The notes under the pieces: model-generated
Seen by the model: the letters and a program-made list of their open reading frames with translations, nothing else
Told to the model about the DNA's origin: nothing
Databases searched by the model: none
Shown: piece by piece, positions 60,694-64,000 of the stretch
Position numbering within the stretch: the first letter of the stretch is position 1
How the letters are laid out: each line of letters begins with the position of its first letter
Virus record (IMG/VR): IMGVR_UViG_3300028822_000042
Coordinates: 22,501 to 86,500 of that record
Source: a virus
Direction: 5' to 3' (one strand)
DNA length: 64,000 nucleotides
Program-made: the position numbers and the translations under genes

Positions 60694-61562
60694 GACCTTG
60701 TTACCTTCTTAAAGAAGTTAATCCCATCAGAGAATGCTTTGTCTTCTGTTTGTGTCTTTGCATCTACTGGGAGGATCTCCTTGTGCCAGAAGTAACTGTT
60801 TTTTCTTCTCCCCATAAATTCTTTGTACGCGTCTGGCCCAACAAACATTGCTATTGGTATCTTCTTCTCCCATGCTATACAACAATAGGCAGACCATGTT
60901 CCAAAGAAGAAGTTTGCCTTCTCTGTGAGTTTTGCTGCTAGTCTTGGTGTGGTCTTATTTACTAAGTTAAAGACATTAGGCGATATGTTAGTAGTAAAGT
61001 CCTCTTTTACGTCAACTGCAGGTATAGACTGCTTTCGTTTGTTGCGCCTAAATGACCCACCAACAACTACAATGTTGCCATCAGTATGTTCTCTTATACC
61101 TCTAATTAATCTTGTATACCTTTGAGGTTTAATAGGAATTCTCTGTTTCTCTCCGGCAAATGGGTGGATCAATATTATGCCGTTCTTAGATATCTCATTG
61201 TAAGTATCTTGTTCTTCTGGAGACAGTTGCATTGTAGGATCTTCTATTTCATGTCTGCTCTCATATACGAATGCATCACCTACAAATCTTGCTCCTATAT
61301 TTTCTGCTATCCGTTTGTAGTTTGGGTGATTACCATTCCATCCTACCCTTACTGGCTCTAGATAATCAAAGTACTTAAACAATCCAAATGAATGTGAGTT
61401 GTGGCAGCATACTAACAGGTATATCTTATAGTCATTCGACATGGCCTTCAGCTTGCTGAACCACCCATTCTTTCTGTATATCGCAATAAATATGTCTCCA
61501 AGTCCAAGTTGTGCACGAGGATGAAGAGCCACAGCGATTTTCTTCTTATTTGTGTTCTCCAC
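60690..61562 (-). CDS. GT9-like (heptosyltransferase-like) glycosyltransferase
   Basis: 'GLGD', 'ILIHPFAG', 'NLVNKTT...A...A..FFGTWSA'. Confidence 0.72.
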   Translation of the reverse strand: MENTNKKKIAVALHPRAQLGLGDIFIAIYRKNGWFSKLKAMSNDYKIYLLVCCHNSHSFGLFKYFDYLEPVRVGWNGNHPNYKRIAENIGARFVGDAFVYESRHEIEDPTMQLSPEEQDTYNEISKNGIILIHPFAGEKQRIPIKPQRYTRLIRGIREHTDGNIVVVGGSFRRNKRKQSIPAVDVKEDFTTNISPNVFNLVNKTTPRLAAKLTEKANFFFGTWSAYCCIAWEKKIPIAMFVGPDAYKEFMGRRKNSYFWHKEILPVDAKTQTEDKAFSDGINFFKKVTRS

Positions 61563-61563
61563 T

Positions 61564-62202
61564 TTACTTCCTAATTACGAAACAGATATTTGCCCTTCTC
61601 TTATTTGTCTCTTCGTCTTTCACTTCCATCCATCTATCAAGCCTCTTATCTGTTTGTGCAAATATCTTCTCGTCTACTAGAGTAAAACCCTTTTGTAGGT
61701 CATCCACCATCTGTCTTGAGTATCTTATTAAGTTGTTGTTAATGGTACTGTTGTGTCTTTTGTATGGAAGTGTGCATATCATTATGCCATTGTCTTTAAC
61801 AAACGACATGCAATGCCTAAATGTCCACAGTTGAGCCTTCCTCTTAGATCCCCACTTCTTCCAGTTTTCTTTCTGTCTATATCCTGGTAATCCTATATGT
61901 TCTAATGTTGACATTAAGATCACATTATCAAATTTACCAAGTCTTCTGCTCTTTTGCTTTCGTATGTCCCCAGTTAGTTGTGATATATGATCTAACTCTT
62001 CAGCCCCTTTAAACTCTGTACCTAGAGGATCGATTAGCGTGTATTTCTCTCCTCTTCTTAATATAGCCCACTTTAATAAGCTTTTGTTAGCTCCTATTTC
62101 TAGTATGCTTCCATCTTCTATATTGTTCAGTACATAAGGTACTTCAAAAGACCTTGGGCCTCTATATGTGCTTATTGAAGGAAAATCCCAATGGTTAGAC
62201 AT
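61564..62202 (-). CDS. Class I SAM-dependent methyltransferase
   Basis: 'ILEIGA', 'FDNVILMSTLEHIGL', 'VKDNGIMICTLPY'. Confidence 0.82.
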   Translation of the reverse strand: MSNHWDFPSISTYRGPRSFEVPYVLNNIEDGSILEIGANKSLLKWAILRRGEKYTLIDPLGTEFKGAEELDHISQLTGDIRKQKSRRLGKFDNVILMSTLEHIGLPGYRQKENWKKWGSKRKAQLWTFRHCMSFVKDNGIMICTLPYKRHNSTINNNLIRYSRQMVDDLQKGFTLVDEKIFAQTDKRLDRWMEVKDEETNKRRANICFVIRK

Positions 62203-63073
62203 TTCTGTTCCTCTCTATTATCTCTTTCGTAGTGTCTACGATCTGATGCATAGCTTCTTTCTTCTTTATTACAGGAATAAGACTAATATTGTCTTCAGTT
62301 AAGAAGTTTTTATTAACTCTATTATGCTTTGTCATCCAAGAGTGCTTTGGAAGCATTATTACTAGTGGTCTGTGTCCTTGAGTTAAGAAGCATGCAAGTG
62401 AAGAATGGTTTGCGACAAGACAACTAGACTTCATTATAAGACCACACGCGACTCTTATGTTTATTTTGTTTACTAAGTTAAAAATTCCATCAGATGATAT
62501 GTTTATCTTCTCTTCGTTCTTTATCTCTTTTCCTTTTATCTTTTCTCTCTTTATGTTGCTTGCTCCTAGGACTACAATATTTACTCCTAGCTTTTTCCTT
62601 AATCTACTTATCAGATTTATGTATTCTTCTTCTTTGAAGACTATTCTTCCTGGTTCTCCAGCAAATGGATGAACTGTTATAAACTCACCCTCTCTTCTTA
62701 TGAACTCTACAAATTCTTCTTCTTCTGGTCTCATGTAGACTTTATCTGGTATTACTTTTTCTATGTTGTTCTCAATGGCATAGTCAGATAGCTTTATAAA
62801 ACCAGGCCCTGCCTCTTCTTTCTCTTTCTTAAATACTTTCTTATTAGGATCTACCCAGTCCATTACATGAAGTTCATCAATGTCTGGCTCAAATTTAAAG
62901 TATTCTCTAACTGCTTCCTTACATGCTGAGTGTGATATGACTTTCACGTAGCAGTCTGGATGTTTTATCTTTATTGCTTTTAGATAGCTAAAGTCTAGGT
63001 GCCTCCAGTGGCCACCAAAGTATTCATGAAAGTGATCTCCTAGCCCACCAACAGCATGTATATAGAATTTCAT
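62195..63073 (-). CDS. GT9-like glycosyltransferase (paralog of 60690..61562)
   Basis: 'GGLGD', 'ITVHPFAGE', 'NLVNK', 'VANHSS'. Confidence 0.72.
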   Translation of the reverse strand: MKFYIHAVGGLGDHFHEYFGGHWRHLDFSYLKAIKIKHPDCYVKVISHSACKEAVREYFKFEPDIDELHVMDWVDPNKKVFKKEKEEAGPGFIKLSDYAIENNIEKVIPDKVYMRPEEEEFVEFIRREGEFITVHPFAGEPGRIVFKEEEYINLISRLRKKLGVNIVVLGASNIKREKIKGKEIKNEEKINISSDGIFNLVNKINIRVACGLIMKSSCLVANHSSLACFLTQGHRPLVIMLPKHSWMTKHNRVNKNFLTEDNISLIPVIKKKEAMHQIVDTTKEIIERNRNV

Positions 63074-63279
63074 TTGTCTTTTGAGTAAAGTTCGTTTATG
63101 GATTCAATGATATCCATTCTTTGTTTATTGAAAGCAACAACTCTATTGCAGTTCTTCTCTATCTCTTCTGCAGCAGTATTGTTAGCTTTTAGCTCACTTA
63201 TGTGTTCTTCTGTATGCCACAACTTTAAGTTAACAATAACTAACTTATCAATGAGTTCACCTATAGAGTACTGAATCAT
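63070..63279 (-). CDS. Small helical protein (DUF4254-like)
   Basis: 'SIGELIDKL.I.NLKLWH.EE...N.QR..IIE.IN'. Confidence 0.65.
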   Translation of the reverse strand: MIQYSIGELIDKLVIVNLKLWHTEEHISELKANNTAAEEIEKNCNRVVAFNKQRMDIIESINELYSKDK

Positions 63280-63524
63280 TTTGATCCTCCGACATAGTTT
63301 ATCTTAGGGTCTGGGTAGCCTGACTTAAGAGATATATTGATGCTATCTCTTGTCTTTGCTCGTTGTGAATTGAGGAGACGGATCTTCATGAAGATATCCA
63401 CTCTCTCCTCTGTAGGCATGTCTTTGATTAGGTTGCCTTCAAAGTCTTTTATCTTTGTGGCTTCATGCCATAGCTCAATATGAGTCTCTATCAGTTCATT
63501 TATGTCTTTTCCCACAGTATTCAT
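63276..63524 (-). CDS. Small helical protein, paralog of 63070..63279
   Basis: 'I.ELI..HI.LWH...N.QR...RD.IN'. The start is probably at MNTVGK (the ORF track starts at 63539). Confidence 0.6.
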   Translation of the reverse strand: MNTVGKDINELIETHIELWHEATKIKDFEGNLIKDMPTEERVDIFMKIRLLNSQRAKTRDSINISLKSGYPDPKINYVGGSK

Positions 63525-64000
63525 GCATGTCATGGTCAACCATCTTGTTTACGAGTTCATTGAACATAGTTTTCGATTCCCAGCCAAGTATTCTCTTTGC
63601 CTTCATGGGGTTGCCTAGTAAGGTCTGTACCTCTGTAGGTCTAAAATACTGAGGATTAACATCTATTCTTACAATACCATTCTGATCTATGCCCTTACGC
63701 TTTTCATCCTTGCCTTCAAAGGTCAAGAACATACCTGCTCTTGCAAAGGCCAACTTACAGAACTCTTCTACTGAATGGTTTTCACCAGTGGCAATAACAA
63801 GATCATGTGGTTTGTTCTGCTGGAGCATCATAAACATTGCTTCCACGTAGTCAGGGGCATATCCCCAGTCTCTGAGAGCAGATAGATTTCCAAGTGATAA
63901 TTTTTTCTGCTTGCCGGCCTTGATCTTGGCGACAGACATGGTTATCTTCCTCGTAACGAAGTTCTCTCCTCTCCTCTCCGATTCGTGATTGAAAAGTATT
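63496..64000 (-). CDS. gmd: GDP-mannose 4,6-dehydratase (C-terminal part; 5' end lies outside the window)
   Basis: The frame is open to the window end: '[20 protein letters not shown]', '[20 protein letters not shown]', 'YFRPTEV..LLG'. Confidence 0.95.
   Translation of the reverse strand, partial: ILFNHESERRGENFVTRKITMSVAKIKAGKQKKLSLGNLSALRDWGYAPDYVEAMFMMLQQNKPHDLVIATGENHSVEEFCKLAFARAGMFLTFEGKDEKRKGIDQNGIVRIDVNPQYFRPTEVQTLLGNPMKAKRILGWESKTMFNELVNKMVDHDMHEYCGKRHK

Noticed and set aside
607-63652. Numerous 60-160 aa ORFs overlapping the main genes on the opposite strand or in alternate frames
   Set aside because: They are nested in well-supported genes and have no recognisable motifs; treated as spurious.
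1-64000. tRNA/rRNA genes, introns, inteins, transposases
   Set aside because: Intergenic gaps are short and show no cloverleaf. No intein (C...HN), homing endonuclease or transposase motifs were recognised, although a divergent element could be missed by eye.

Overview
The window is part of a large (jumbo-type) myophage genome in standard genetic code with very tight gene packing. From 1 to ~57.2 kb (+ strand) is a nearly uninterrupted virion morphogenesis cluster: major capsid, neck proteins, tail sheath, three tail-tube paralogs, two probable tail assembly chaperones, three giant proteins at the tape-measure/hub position, baseplate wedge proteins and several fibres (two with S74 chaperone domains). 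From ~57.1 kb to the end (- strand, convergent) is a glycan synthesis/modification cluster: Gmd, DegT-family aminotransferase, sulfotransferase, two GT9-like glycosyltransferases, methyltransferases and an SGNH-FkbM fusion. The most notable observation is the 1461-aa protein at 15164..19549. It carries, in the correct order, recognisable beta and beta' motifs of two-barrel RNA polymerases with an atypical catalytic loop (GDFDRD) and has hydrophobic termini. This suggests a single-chain virion RNA polymerase in the tape-measure locus, between a multi-TM protein with a degenerate SNase-like fold and a hub protein with an M15 peptidase domain. All calls come from motif recognition by eye; no database searches were run.
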